In this document: positions 9,937-20,700 of the stretch, one piece after another
Position numbering within the stretch: the first letter of the stretch is position 1
How the letters are laid out: each line of letters opens with the position of its first letter
From: Bacillota bacterium
Lineage (GTDB): Bacteria; Bacillota_I; Bacilli_A; Acholeplasmatales; Acholeplasmataceae
Direction: 5' to 3'
Length of the DNA stretch: 45,744 nt
NCBI GenBank assembly: GCA_023431045.1
Contig: JAEYXZ010000094.1
Location: forward strand, 1 to 45,744
Program-made: the position numbers and the translations under genes
The notes under the pieces: generated by a model
The model's input: the letters and a program-made list of their open reading frames with translations, nothing else
Told to the model about the DNA's origin: nothing
The model's database searches: none

Positions 9937-11520
9937 TTATTTATATATTGAGATGGATCCAATGATACTTTTTCCACCAAAACTAAATAAAACTAGAAAT
10001 GTGATTTCATTTAAATTAAGATCTTTTTCAAAGGTCTTTTTGATGTATGAATTCTTAATTGTTAAGACACCATCTTCATAATGATATTCTGCACTTGTAA
10101 TAGGGGATTCTGTGGGTGGAAATACCCCTGTAAAAGGTGCGTCAAAGGTTTCAAAGCGGAATGAGACATCGGTTAACATGTTAGCTTGAACTCTTGCATC
10201 AGAGTAGACATAAGGTGAAGTTAATTGATTGATATGTATCTTGATTTGATGATATCCAATATTACTTTCTAGAATATATGAATATGGTTCTTCTTGAACG
10301 ACTAATGAATCTAGGTAACTCGCTTTTAAGTAAACCGAATTTCCAATGAGAATAATGTTTTCCAAATCAATGGGTGTATACGTTGGTTCTTCTACTGTAC
10401 CACCCACTAACTTAAAATTTAGATCCTCAATGGGACCTCCCGGGTACATATAGAGTGGTAAATCAAATTCAGATGCTTGACTATAAGTATACGTATTTTC
10501 AGTTTGAACAACTGGATCATTAACGACTAGGTTAATGACCGGTGAATAAGCTGAATTGACATAAATACTCGAAATCGCTTGAAGTCTAACTGCATAAGTT
10601 CCAGGTTCTGTAATCGCGATTGAGTTTAAGATTGTATTAACAACAATTCCATTAATCTCAACATTATAACTATCCGCATGAGGAACTTCAGTAAAGATAA
10701 TTTCTCCTTGATTGACTTCAACGACATCAGGATAGACTAGGAATCCAACAAACATATCATACTCAATTGAGAATTCAGAGTCGGCGTATCCGACACCGGT
10801 TGCTTTAATCTGGACTTTATAAGTTCCCGGTTCAGTTACTGTGTATTCAGTATCGGTGATGACAATACCATTTGAATTAAGTGATATAACATAATGATCA
10901 GCACCTTCTACCTCATCAAAGGAAATATTATTCTTATCAATAACAATACCACTTGGTGTTGGTAATTGATCTAAGTCTTGGGAACCTTCAACAATTAATT
11001 CAACAATTGGTGAATACAATGAATTAATATATGTATTTGATAAAGATTGAACTCTGACTTGATAAGTACCTGGTGCTAATATAACTGGAGGGTTTGTTGC
11101 AGTATTATAAACAATACCATCAATTTCAATGTTATAACTTGTAGCATTTTGCACTGGAGTGAAATTAACAACACTATTGACAATATGAATATCGGTTGGA
11201 TAGTTTAAATATCCAACGACAACTTGGAATGGTGTGGTATAAAGTGAATCACGATAGTTTTTACCAATTGCTTTAATTTGAACTTGATAAGTACCAGTAT
11301 CAGTGATGGTGTATTGATTATAACTAATCGTGGTATTCACTGAATTTACATTAATGACATACTTATCAGCACCTTCAACTGGATTAAAGGTGATGGTATT
11401 TTTATTAACAACGACTCCGGTTGGTGTGGCAAGACGTGGTAAATTAGGTTCCGTTGAACAGGCAACCATTAAACCAACCATGATTAATGTAACTAATGTC
11501 ATTATTTTCTTCATAAGCAT
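9937..11520 (-). CDS. Surface lipoprotein with four FN3-like beta-sandwich repeats
   Basis: Lipobox MVAC; repeated PGTY.V.(I/V)(K/Q)A...Y..S.(Y/F)S units arranged as a duplicated pair. Confidence 0.75.
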   Translation of the reverse strand: MLMKKIMTLVTLIMVGLMVACSTEPNLPRLATPTGVVVNKNTITFNPVEGADKYVINVNSVNTTISYNQYTITDTGTYQVQIKAIGKNYRDSLYTTPFQVVVGYLNYPTDIHIVNSVVNFTPVQNATSYNIEIDGIVYNTATNPPVILAPGTYQVRVQSLSNTYINSLYSPIVELIVEGSQDLDQLPTPSGIVIDKNNISFDEVEGADHYVISLNSNGIVITDTEYTVTEPGTYKVQIKATGVGYADSEFSIEYDMFVGFLVYPDVVEVNQGEIIFTEVPHADSYNVEINGIVVNTILNSIAITEPGTYAVRLQAISSIYVNSAYSPVINLVVNDPVVQTENTYTYSQASEFDLPLYMYPGGPIEDLNFKLVGGTVEEPTYTPIDLENIILIGNSVYLKASYLDSLVVQEEPYSYILESNIGYHQIKIHINQLTSPYVYSDARVQANMLTDVSFRFETFDAPFTGVFPPTESPITSAEYHYEDGVLTIKNSYIKKTFEKDLNLNEITFLVLFSFGGKSIIGSISIYK

Positions 11521-11595
11521 CCCTCTTTTTCACAAACATTATATCATAACCAACATTTATCAAATCATTATTAAATAATGAGTGATAAAAACCAC

Positions 11596-12126
11596 TTACT
11601 GATTGAGTAATTCTACTAGCTTTCTAGAAGTATTGACGTTTCTGATTGTCACATTGTAATAAAGTTTTGTCCCCACCATTTTAATGAGTGCAGATTTCGT
11701 TTGGTTTTCTCTTTTGATACCATAGATTAATGCTTGATTTAAGTGAATAACTTCTTCGATTTCTGATCTAAACTTTAAGGTTGTAAGCATCTCCTCTGTC
11801 ACACCATCTAAATAAAAAATGACATCCGCTTTAAAATGATCATCATTAACAAAATGATCTGGTATACGATTGATGATACTTATGTATGTTTCTTTATCGA
11901 TTAATAATACTCTTGATGAAACACCAAATCCATCTAGGATGATTTTCTCAATCTGAGCGGATAAATCTTGATTATCTTTGTTGCAATCAAAGATGATATT
12001 CCCAGAATTAATGTAGGTCACCACATTTAGGAAACCAGCTTTTAATAAAAGTTCCTTTAAAACTTTCATTGAAACTGTATTATTACCACCAACATTAATG
12101 CCTCTTAATAAACAAACATATCTCAT
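11596..12126 (-). CDS. DUF1697 family protein
   Basis: YVCLLRGINVGGNN, VVTYINSGNIIF, TIRNVNT. Confidence 0.9.
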   Translation of the reverse strand: MRYVCLLRGINVGGNNTVSMKVLKELLLKAGFLNVVTYINSGNIIFDCNKDNQDLSAQIEKIILDGFGVSSRVLLIDKETYISIINRIPDHFVNDDHFKADVIFYLDGVTEEMLTTLKFRSEIEEVIHLNQALIYGIKRENQTKSALIKMVGTKLYYNVTIRNVNTSRKLVELLNQ

Positions 12127-12148
12127 GTTTTATGTTCTCACCTGTCTT

Positions 12149-12868
12149 TTATGATTGAATACTAGGTAGTATCACTCTTTTATCTATTTTGCTGATTTCT
12201 TCATAGAAATGACCAATTCGTCGATAAACCGTATCAAACGCTTTATGGATTGGTTCAAAACTATCTTCTTCTCTAACAAAACTTCTTAACTTTTCGAATA
12301 TTTTCTCATCAGAAATCCAATTGATAATATTTTGACTATAACGGAGATATTCTCCTCTTTGTTCTTTCAAATCTTTTTTATTGGTCTTCTTAATTGAATT
12401 GATTTTTATAAGTTCAAATCTCAAACCATTAATCATTAAACCAACTGCATCCTTAATGGCTGTATAACTTGCTTTATAGTCGTTTAATGATAATTTAATG
12501 AGGGGATCATTGTTATGCTTAGCAAGTTCATAATAGTACTTGTAAATTGCAGAATCAAGTTCATAGGCTTTTAAATCACCCAAATGGATTCGATAGACTT
12601 TATAAGCTTCCATTACATCTTCGTGTTCTTTCTTCAATGCCAAAATATTTTCTTGATATTTGGATCGATCACATAAATCGTGTTTCGTTAAAACACGACT
12701 CTGAATTGATACAAGTTCGTGATTTAGCGTCATTAAATCTTCACGAATCTTAACTGACATTTCAAATGTCATCTGATTTTTTCTAATAATCATTTCCGTG
12801 ATAAAGGTTATGATTGCTCCAACAACGATACCAATAAATCCAAACCAAACGCCTATTAAATCATTCAT
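12149..12868 (-). CDS. Hypothetical protein with N-terminal transmembrane helix
   Basis: GFIGIVVGAIITFI hydrophobic segment, then helical region; AGGAG RBS. Confidence 0.7.
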   Translation of the reverse strand: MNDLIGVWFGFIGIVVGAIITFITEMIIRKNQMTFEMSVKIREDLMTLNHELVSIQSRVLTKHDLCDRSKYQENILALKKEHEDVMEAYKVYRIHLGDLKAYELDSAIYKYYYELAKHNNDPLIKLSLNDYKASYTAIKDAVGLMINGLRFELIKINSIKKTNKKDLKEQRGEYLRYSQNIINWISDEKIFEKLRSFVREEDSFEPIHKAFDTVYRRIGHFYEEISKIDKRVILPSIQS

Positions 12869-12913
12869 AACATTCTATTCTCCTTATTAAATTATTCTCG
12901 TAAATACTTAAAA

Positions 12914-13627
12914 CTAAATGTTTTCATCCTGTTGTGGTTTTCTTAACTTTCTTAATAAGAAATAACTACCTTCCACCATACCATAGATCGTTAGAATCCA
13001 TAAGATTGTATACCATGGTGCACCAAAGAAATCAGAGATCTCTTTAACCGGTGACTCAATAAAGTAAAACCAGTTCTTCTCAAGGATTAAATCTAGAATA
13101 AGCAATACTGCAGTCTGAGAGAGTAATAAGACGATGGTGATATTCGTGTACTTTCTTCTAATATAGAGTTTGTCCTGAACATATAAATACACGTTACCAA
13201 GTAAGAACCCAAAATGCACGATAAAGAAACTAAAGTATCTAAAGTGTGGAAAACCATAAGTAATATCAGCAAAGAATAACGCGAAAAATGAACCAATTAA
13301 GGCGTAGTAAATAGAAATGGATGCAAGTTTTCGATTGTTAGTAAATAATGCGATAATTGTTAAGATATTGGTGGTTGCACAAAATCCAGTTAAAGGAATC
13401 ATATCATAGGTATATCCGCTATTATATAATACCCAGATATGAAAGCCTGACTCAGTAATAACTAAGAGTGATGCAAGTGTATATCTAAATAATCGATCTC
13501 GTTTTGGATCTTTAAAGTAATCTTTAAAAATGATGACGAGAGTAAGAATTGTAAATAAAACAACTAACGTGATTAAGTGAAGTCCATTGAAAAGTGACAA
13601 ATCTTGGCTATATCTTTCATCAAACAT
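12914..13627 (-). CDS. YwaF/TIGR02206-like integral membrane protein
   Basis: LFNGLHL, PLTGFC, FPHFRYFSFFIVH, NWFYF, FGAPWY; multiple TM helices. Confidence 0.8.
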   Translation of the reverse strand: MFDERYSQDLSLFNGLHLITLVVLFTILTLVIIFKDYFKDPKRDRLFRYTLASLLVITESGFHIWVLYNSGYTYDMIPLTGFCATTNILTIIALFTNNRKLASISIYYALIGSFFALFFADITYGFPHFRYFSFFIVHFGFLLGNVYLYVQDKLYIRRKYTNITIVLLLSQTAVLLILDLILEKNWFYFIESPVKEISDFFGAPWYTILWILTIYGMVEGSYFLLRKLRKPQQDENI

Positions 13628-13777
13628 AAAAAGTCCCCTATTCTTTTTCTAGTTCCTAGTTTTAATTATCGCATGTTTCAACACAAAAAGCGATTATTAT
13701 TTTAGTCGCTTCAAAAGTTTTAATTCTTTAATTCGTTACTTTCAATAAATGAGCAATAAGGTAGACTACGTTTGAGA

Positions 13778-14320
13778 TCACATGATATTTTCAACAAATA
13801 GATTAACATTGTTTTCATCCTCGGTTAAGTTGATAGAAATAAAATCAATCGTGTGATTCGAGTGTAGGAGTTTACGATCTCCATCATATGTGATATATGC
13901 TTCAATATCATTAAATGATGCAACATCGAGTGTGACAACATACATTAAATTTCGTTCTGATTTAGTTCTATCTCCAGTTGGCCAAGTGGGTAATGATATA
14001 TGAATAACAGATTCACTTTGAGGTTCGATGGTAAGTGTAAAACGCGAACAATAATCATAGTTAACCGGAAAATTCTCATCATCAGTGTTAAATACTGTAT
14101 CTACAATCATTGGTTCAATATATTCATATGAGAACAACTCGTCATCAAGATCATTTGGATAGACACAAATCACATCAAAACTAATCGATTCATCTGTGGG
14201 GTTAATCAGGAGGTAATCAAAAGTCACAATGGCAGCGGGTCCAACAAGATTTCCAGTGTCATCTGATGTCTCTTTGACAGTTACTTCTATTTCTATTTTT
14301 TCATTTACACAAAATTCTTG
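13778..14320 (-). pseudogene. 5'-truncated gene fragment (acidic beta-rich domain)
   Basis: Frame stays open ~30 codons upstream of the GTG at 14227 with no start codon or RBS, running into an IS-like terminal sequence. Confidence 0.5.
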
Positions 14321-14328
14321 ACACTACC
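14299..14328. mobile_element. IS256/Mutator-like terminal inverted repeat relic (copy 1)
   Basis: Minus strand GGTAGTGTCAAGAATTTTGTGTAAATGAAA resembles recalled IS256-family ends (G..GTGT.AA.A.TTTTGTGTAAAT); no transposase present. Confidence 0.55.
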
Positions 14329-14414
14329 AACTTTTTTAGATTCATGTGTGTTTCTTTATAAAATATTTGTTAATATTCTTTAAAAATTATTAACATAGGA
14401 TTATAATTTATGTC

Positions 14415-16025
14415 ATGAGCAAAAATAAGTTTTCTTATTGGAATAATATTTTAATTGTCGTTCTCTTTTATGCAGGTATAACTGGTATCATTACTGGTTT
14501 GATTTTATACTTATTTAGATGGTTAGTTTCCCTTCTATTTGAATACTCCATCATGATATATGAGTATGTGAGTCTAAATCTATGGTTTATTCCACTCTTA
14601 CTTTTAGGATTAGCACTAATTGCTTATGTCGTATCACTTCTTAATAAGTTTGAACCAACCTCTGCTGGGGGTGGGATTGCAAGATCGATTGGTGTTGTTC
14701 GTGGTCTATTAACCTTTAAATGGTTAAGAACACTCATATCAACTTTCTTTGCAGCACTTTTTGGTACTTTTGTGGGTCTTCCACTTGGTATTGAAGGACC
14801 ATCTGTTTTAATGGGTACTGCAACAGCAAGAGGCGTCTATGAACTGGGTAGAGCTCATCCTAGTAATAAGAAATACATTTTAAGTGCTGGTACTTCTGCG
14901 GGGTTTGCTGTAGCAACCGGTTCAATTATGGCTGGTACTTTATTTACTCTAGAGGAAGTCCATAAGAAGTTCTCATTGATGTTATTAAGTGTTTCAATGA
15001 GTGGTGCGGTCTTTGCTGCACTAACCGTTAGATTCATTGATTATTTACTAGATACTTCCTATCTCTTTTTTCCAATTGGTGATGGTTTACTAACAATTGA
15101 TTTTGAGCATATCTGGTTAGCACCAATCCTTGGTATTGGTGCAGGACTTCTTGCATATCTTTATAATTTTATGATGGATCATTTAGGACATCTATCAGTA
15201 ATCAAATTAAAACATATTCCTTTATTCATTAAATACTTAATCAATTTCACCTTGGTTGGATTAATTGGATTATTAATGATTGAAAGTTTAGGTAGTGGTC
15301 ATGAACAAGTTGTCTTACCACTACTAAATAGAGAATACAGTTTATTAGTGATTGGTGTTCTATTACTCGTTAAACTATTTACAATTCCATTATCTGCTGC
15401 AGCAGGTCCTACTGGTGGTATGTTTGTCCCAACTTTAGTTGTTGGTGCACTTTATGCTGGAGTCTTTAATGAAGTAGCTATTCTATTAGGATTAAGTCCT
15501 ACCTACACCACAGCAATCATCATGATCGGAATTGCTGCATTCTTAGGTACGTCAATGCAAATGCCAATTACAGTTGTTGCTTTTATCGTTGAAACATCGC
15601 TTCATCCTGAAACCATCATCTTCATGATGATTGCAGTCTTTGCAGGTATTTTAACAGCTGAAGCACTACATACTAAACCACTCAATGAAATTACTTTAAA
15701 GCGATTTATGAAAGTAGCTGATAGAGATCGTATTTGGCACTTATATCAAGTACAAGGAACGATACTGCCCGATGCCTTTGTAGTAGGTAAAACTGTTAGA
15801 GATGTCTTATGGCCAGCTAATACATTAATTAAAGAGCTTGTTCAAGATGATCAGATGAACATCACCAATGTGGCTGTTCATGGTGGGGACCGAGTCCTCG
15901 CACAAAATGATAGAGTGGTCTTTATGATACAGTCTTACAATATTAATGCTGTTATTGAAGATCTTAATGCACTACTTGGAAATCAAAACTTTAGTATTGA
16001 AGAACAATCATTGATTATTAAATAA
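14415..16025 (+). CDS. ClC family chloride channel/H+ antiporter with C-terminal RCK_C/TrkA-C-like domain
   Basis: GGGIA, LGIEGPSV, LFTLEE, GGMFVP motifs; many TM helices; VVGKTVRDVLWP in the C-terminus. Confidence 0.9.
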   Translation: MSKNKFSYWNNILIVVLFYAGITGIITGLILYLFRWLVSLLFEYSIMIYEYVSLNLWFIPLLLLGLALIAYVVSLLNKFEPTSAGGGIARSIGVVRGLLTFKWLRTLISTFFAALFGTFVGLPLGIEGPSVLMGTATARGVYELGRAHPSNKKYILSAGTSAGFAVATGSIMAGTLFTLEEVHKKFSLMLLSVSMSGAVFAALTVRFIDYLLDTSYLFFPIGDGLLTIDFEHIWLAPILGIGAGLLAYLYNFMMDHLGHLSVIKLKHIPLFIKYLINFTLVGLIGLLMIESLGSGHEQVVLPLLNREYSLLVIGVLLLVKLFTIPLSAAAGPTGGMFVPTLVVGALYAGVFNEVAILLGLSPTYTTAIIMIGIAAFLGTSMQMPITVVAFIVETSLHPETIIFMMIAVFAGILTAEALHTKPLNEITLKRFMKVADRDRIWHLYQVQGTILPDAFVVGKTVRDVLWPANTLIKELVQDDQMNITNVAVHGGDRVLAQNDRVVFMIQSYNINAVIEDLNALLGNQNFSIEEQSLIIK

Positions 16026-16200
16026 AAATTAACCCTTATACACGGAAAAAGGATCCACTAAGATCCTTTTTAATACGAAATATACGTTTACAATCATTGA
16101 TAAAAGTATGATGGATCTGGTAATATTAAATATTTCAATGAAATAGAAATCACTTAACGAACTTACAAACAAAACAGTGAGTTTAAGAACCAAACTTTTA

Positions 16201-16668
16201 CTAGAATAACTTAATTTCTTCCTTATAATAATCAATAACCTGAGGTCTATCAACAAATTCAAGAGTAAATTTTACTTCATCTTTATGATCATATTTATCT
16301 GATTTTATCATTTCGTGCGATACGTACTTATATCTACCATGGAAATAATACTCATTGGTGTGATCGTCACGTTTTTCATAGAAATATACAAATCGATTCA
16401 CGCCATCAGTTTTTTTAACTGCAATATTTTTTCTGGTTTCATGATTCGTTTCATCAAATCTGTTTTTCGCAAGGATACTATAAACACCACAATACTTAGC
16501 TATTCTAGGTGATAGAATACCGTTAGACACATAAATACCATCCCGGTATCCAAATGAAGCAACACAAAATACATCACCTTTTTCATTTTGAACCATACCC
16601 TTTTGTGTTAAATCTTTTTTACATCCCATCTGAAATGAAATATCAATAATGTCTCGTCTTTTGAGCAT
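16201..16668 (-). CDS. Hypothetical protein, possible SRA/PUA-like DNA-binding domain
   Basis: AGGAG RBS; VYFYEK...YYFHGRYKYV...VKFTL pattern resembles SRA-like domains (weak). Confidence 0.55.
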   Translation of the reverse strand: MLKRRDIIDISFQMGCKKDLTQKGMVQNEKGDVFCVASFGYRDGIYVSNGILSPRIAKYCGVYSILAKNRFDETNHETRKNIAVKKTDGVNRFVYFYEKRDDHTNEYYFHGRYKYVSHEMIKSDKYDHKDEVKFTLEFVDRPQVIDYYKEEIKLF

Positions 16669-17022
16669 AGTAAAACTCCTTTAAACGAGATGCCATAATG
16701 GGAGAAATCGTCATTACTTTCCTTAATTATATCACATAATGTTTTATGATTTTATATTCCTATGGTGCTCCCATCAATTAATCGCTAAAAAGTTGTTTAA
16801 TAAACTTGGCAAAACTTAAATAGTATATCTAGGTATAGGATATTCATGAAGCGACTCACAACAAAAGGAATACATGTTCAATCTACATGAAAAAGATTGT
16901 AGAAAGGTGCATTTGTCTATCAAACCTTAGTAGATCATTTTAATCCATCTAAAAAACTTAAAAGAAAATCACACATGTAGAAACTGATGATATTAAAGTA
17001 TTTCTTTCGATTATTATTATTA

Positions 17023-17050
17023 TTTCATTTACACAAAATATTTTACACTG
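17023..17050. mobile_element. IS256/Mutator-like terminal inverted repeat relic (copy 2)
   Basis: TTTCATTTACACAAAATATTTTACACT, 24/27 identical to 14299-14325 in direct orientation. Confidence 0.5.
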
Positions 17051-17147
17051 TGGTTTGTATTGCAAATATATTCATAGAAGAACCCAAACGGTTAAAAAGA
17101 AAGAGGTTGCTAAGAAATTATATTCTTAACTGCCCCTTATTCTTGGA

Positions 17148-17705
17148 TTACTTTATAAATTCCAAAAGACCATTTTCATTTAAATTTTGGTCACAAACAT
17201 CAATTACATATCTTTCAAGTGTTTCTATATTGATTGCTGGGATAATGATTAAATATGCAAATTGATAGTTATATAATTTCTTTCTGTACTTCATTTTAGA
17301 TATATATTCTATTGTGTCATTTTTAGAATTAAATATGTGGGAATCTTGCTGTTTCACTTCAATATATATTAAGTTGTTTTGATCAGTTCTTCGTTCATGA
17401 ATAATAATGTCTGGTCTAAAGGTATCTCCGTTCGAATCAGTCTTTTTAGTATGATATAAATGTCGATTATATTCACAATCAATCGTATATCCACTAAAGA
17501 CATTGGACAATTCAAGATAAACAGATAAACGATGAGTGATTGCTTGCTCATGTATCATTCTAGATTTATATAATTTACCATTTTCATAATAACAAATAGT
17601 TTCGTTACTGTTTTCTTGAAAGATACTAAACCCTGGTTCATTAATAGTCTTGCGAAGACATTCAACAAGTATAGGTTTGTAGTCTTTCATGCTTGGTTTT
17701 TTCAT
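17148..17705 (-). CDS. PD-(D/E)XK-superfamily putative nuclease
   Basis: HEQAITHRL, DCEYNR, RPDIIIHER...IYIEVK. Confidence 0.7.
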   Translation of the reverse strand: MKKPSMKDYKPILVECLRKTINEPGFSIFQENSNETICYYENGKLYKSRMIHEQAITHRLSVYLELSNVFSGYTIDCEYNRHLYHTKKTDSNGDTFRPDIIIHERRTDQNNLIYIEVKQQDSHIFNSKNDTIEYISKMKYRKKLYNYQFAYLIIIPAINIETLERYVIDVCDQNLNENGLLEFIK

Positions 17706-17720
17706 TTGAAAGTGTCCTTA

Positions 17721-20700
17721 TTAATTGATTTTATAACCCCAAATAACATCAATGTCTGCATCAAAATATCTCTCATTCCATCTTTCTTCCCATTCATCAG
17801 GTTTTGAGCTTACTTCTACATATATTGTTTGAACTTGACTATATTCAAAAGCACCATTTTCAATTCTTTTAATACCTTTATGTAAAACAACAGAAATCAA
17901 GTCCACATTGAATGCAAATGCTCTATATAGAATTGTTTGTACAGATTGAGAAACTGTATATTGAGATGTTCCCGCTAGATGTGGGAAACTGTATATAACG
18001 GTTTTTTGCTTATTGAAGAGTATCCCATTTGAGGATGAATAAAACATGTTTTGTTCGTCTACTGTATAATGCTTACCAGAAAATGTTTCGTGAATTAGTG
18101 TTACCGTTTTAGGTATAAAAATATCATCAGGTCCAGTACTAGGTAAAGAGAGTACCAACAATTGTGATTCCGGTTCAATGATAAATGATTCCATATTGTA
18201 ATTTCCAGTAAATGCACTAATTCCTATATAAAGAACACTATTTGGGATATGAATGGATTTTAATTGACTTGTACCTAAAAACGCTTTAGTTTCTATCAGA
18301 GTTAGTTGTGAATTTGCTTCAAAAGTGATATTTTCGATCACCGAAAACATAAATGCATGTTCCATAATTTTGATTACAGTATTTGGGATAAAAATAGATT
18401 TAATTGTTTGATTACCATAAAAAGCATTAGATAATATTTCAATAATCTCGTATCCAGGTATAGACAAAATAAGGTTTTCTACCGTAAGATTTTCTCCATT
18501 TACAACATAGGCTTTACCATTATTTGTTAGTGCATATTCAACTCCATCGATTTCTATGGTTTGATTAAAATCCCAGACTACAGATGTGTTAGAATTCCAA
18601 TTTTCATCCCATCCAGTTTGTCTATTACTTAACCTTGTATATATTACTTTTTTTCCGTTTTCGTGAGTTGATCCAAATATATCGTACCCCATTGTTGATA
18701 CACTTTCAGGTACAAAATATTTTTTAACTTTATCAGTGTTACTAAATGCTAAACTACCTATTGATGTCAATTTTGAATTTTCATCAAATGATACAGATAA
18801 CAAATTGACTAAATTAATGAAAGCTTCATTTCCAATAGACTCAATGGTGTTTGGAATCACTAGTTTCTCAATGTAAACATTATCCTTGAATGCTCTTTCT
18901 TCAATACGTTCAACCGGATATAGAACACCATTAATCAATACTTCATTTGGTATTGTTAATATAGAATCTTGTCCGTAATATTTATTTATAATCGCAAAAT
19001 TGTTTCCAATAATGTACTCAAATCCATCGATAATAAATGTGACATTTTCTGTTGGAATGATTAAATACCATGTTAAATGTTCATTTGGCATTATGAGTGG
19101 GAAAACAACAGGATCATTTCCCTCAATATCCCAAGAATAATATGAACCATCGGGGCCAGTTGTCGTCCCATCAGAAGTTAAATCTTGAGGTCTTCTATTA
19201 TCTAGATTACCTACGTAATATGCCTCGGTCAAAGAAGTTGGATTATATATTTTTCCACCAAATCCTTGTGTACTAATCTGGTTATTATCTTGATCAAATA
19301 TGAAAATATAGTTAAATGTTGATACATAAGTCCATTCTATACTAAAACTTATATCACTATCTATAAGTGTATAATTGTAAGGACTTTTATCGAAATTTGG
19401 TTGTATTCCGTCTATTGATAGATAAATCTGTGAAGCTTGGAGTTCGGCTTCAACGATCGGATAATCGAAGATTACTGCTGCTAAATCATTGAGTTGATTT
19501 GAGGTAAGTACAAATCTATTGAATGGAATAGAACTTTTCCACACAACACTATATTCTGCTATCTGTGCTGTACTTATTGGACCGTGATGTACTTCATGAT
19601 TATTAACCAATGTAATCAAATAAAACGGCTCTAACCAATCCAAAATTGAGTTAATATCTATTGATAAATTTAAACTTGAAATATAATTGGAACCACTTGT
19701 CATTACAGCAGTATTTATACCAATCAATTGTCCTTTAGTATTGAAAAGTGGACCACCACTATTTCCATGATAAAGATATGCCCCGTGAACTATATAATCA
19801 ACCTCGTTAATAGTTTGTTTAGTTTTCGAAATAAGTCCTGTTGATACCGTGTTGTTAAATATAACATCTAGAGGAGTACCAATAGCAATAACCGTTTGAT
19901 ATTTTTCAATTTCGACAGGTTTAGGCATTTGATATCGATATATGTCTGTGGTTTCGAAACGAAGTATAGCTAAATCTTTTGATTCATGTTCAATATAGAT
20001 TCTTGCATCATAATAAGTATTATTGTGAGTCAAAATTTGGACACTACTTGCGTCGTTAATGACATGTTTGTTCGTAATTACACGATAGTAACCCATATTA
20101 TCAAATTCATAGATTACTCCGCTACCTAAACTTATAATATTATCTAATTCATCATAAACCAGAATTGTTACGACTGATTCAATGACTTCATTAACAACAC
20201 TTTGAATATCTGAGTTGTATTCATCAAGAGTATAATCGTCTTGTACTGGTACACCAGTATCACTCTCACCAACCCACCAATTTCCATTTTGACCAATGTA
20301 TGGTGTTAATCCATTTTGTCCAGCCGGCCCCGTTAAGGTTGTTAGTTCAATTAAGTTTGTCCATGTCTCACCACCAACATACTGCCACTGAATATAACCA
20401 TCAGCGACCTGGAATAAGACTTCTTTACCATCAACGCCATCTGTACCGTTCGATCCATCAGCACCTGTTAATGTTGATAATGAGACTAAATTCGTCCAGG
20501 TTGTATCTCCGGTGTATTGCCACTGAATATAGCCATCCGATACTTGAAATAAAACTTCTTTACCATCCACACCATTGGTACCATTCGATCCATCGGCTCC
20601 TGTTAATGTTGATAATGAGACTAAATTCGTCCAGATTGTATCTCCGGTATACTGCCACTGGATGTAGCCATCCGATACTTGGAATAAGACTTCTTTACCG

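Noticed and set aside
14318..14350. Hybrid promoter for the ClC gene from the IS-end TTGACA
   Set aside because: No -10 hexamer at 16-18 nt spacing.
16029..16262. 77-aa minus-strand ORF
   Set aside because: Overlaps the 155-aa gene out of frame, no clear RBS, AT-driven composition.
16761..16768. TATGGTGC matching the tRNA-Leu 3' end as a possible att site
   Set aside because: Only 8 bp; expected by chance and no integrase present.
16987..17265. 92-aa plus-strand ORF
   Set aside because: Spans the IS-like end and is antisense to the nuclease gene; no motifs.
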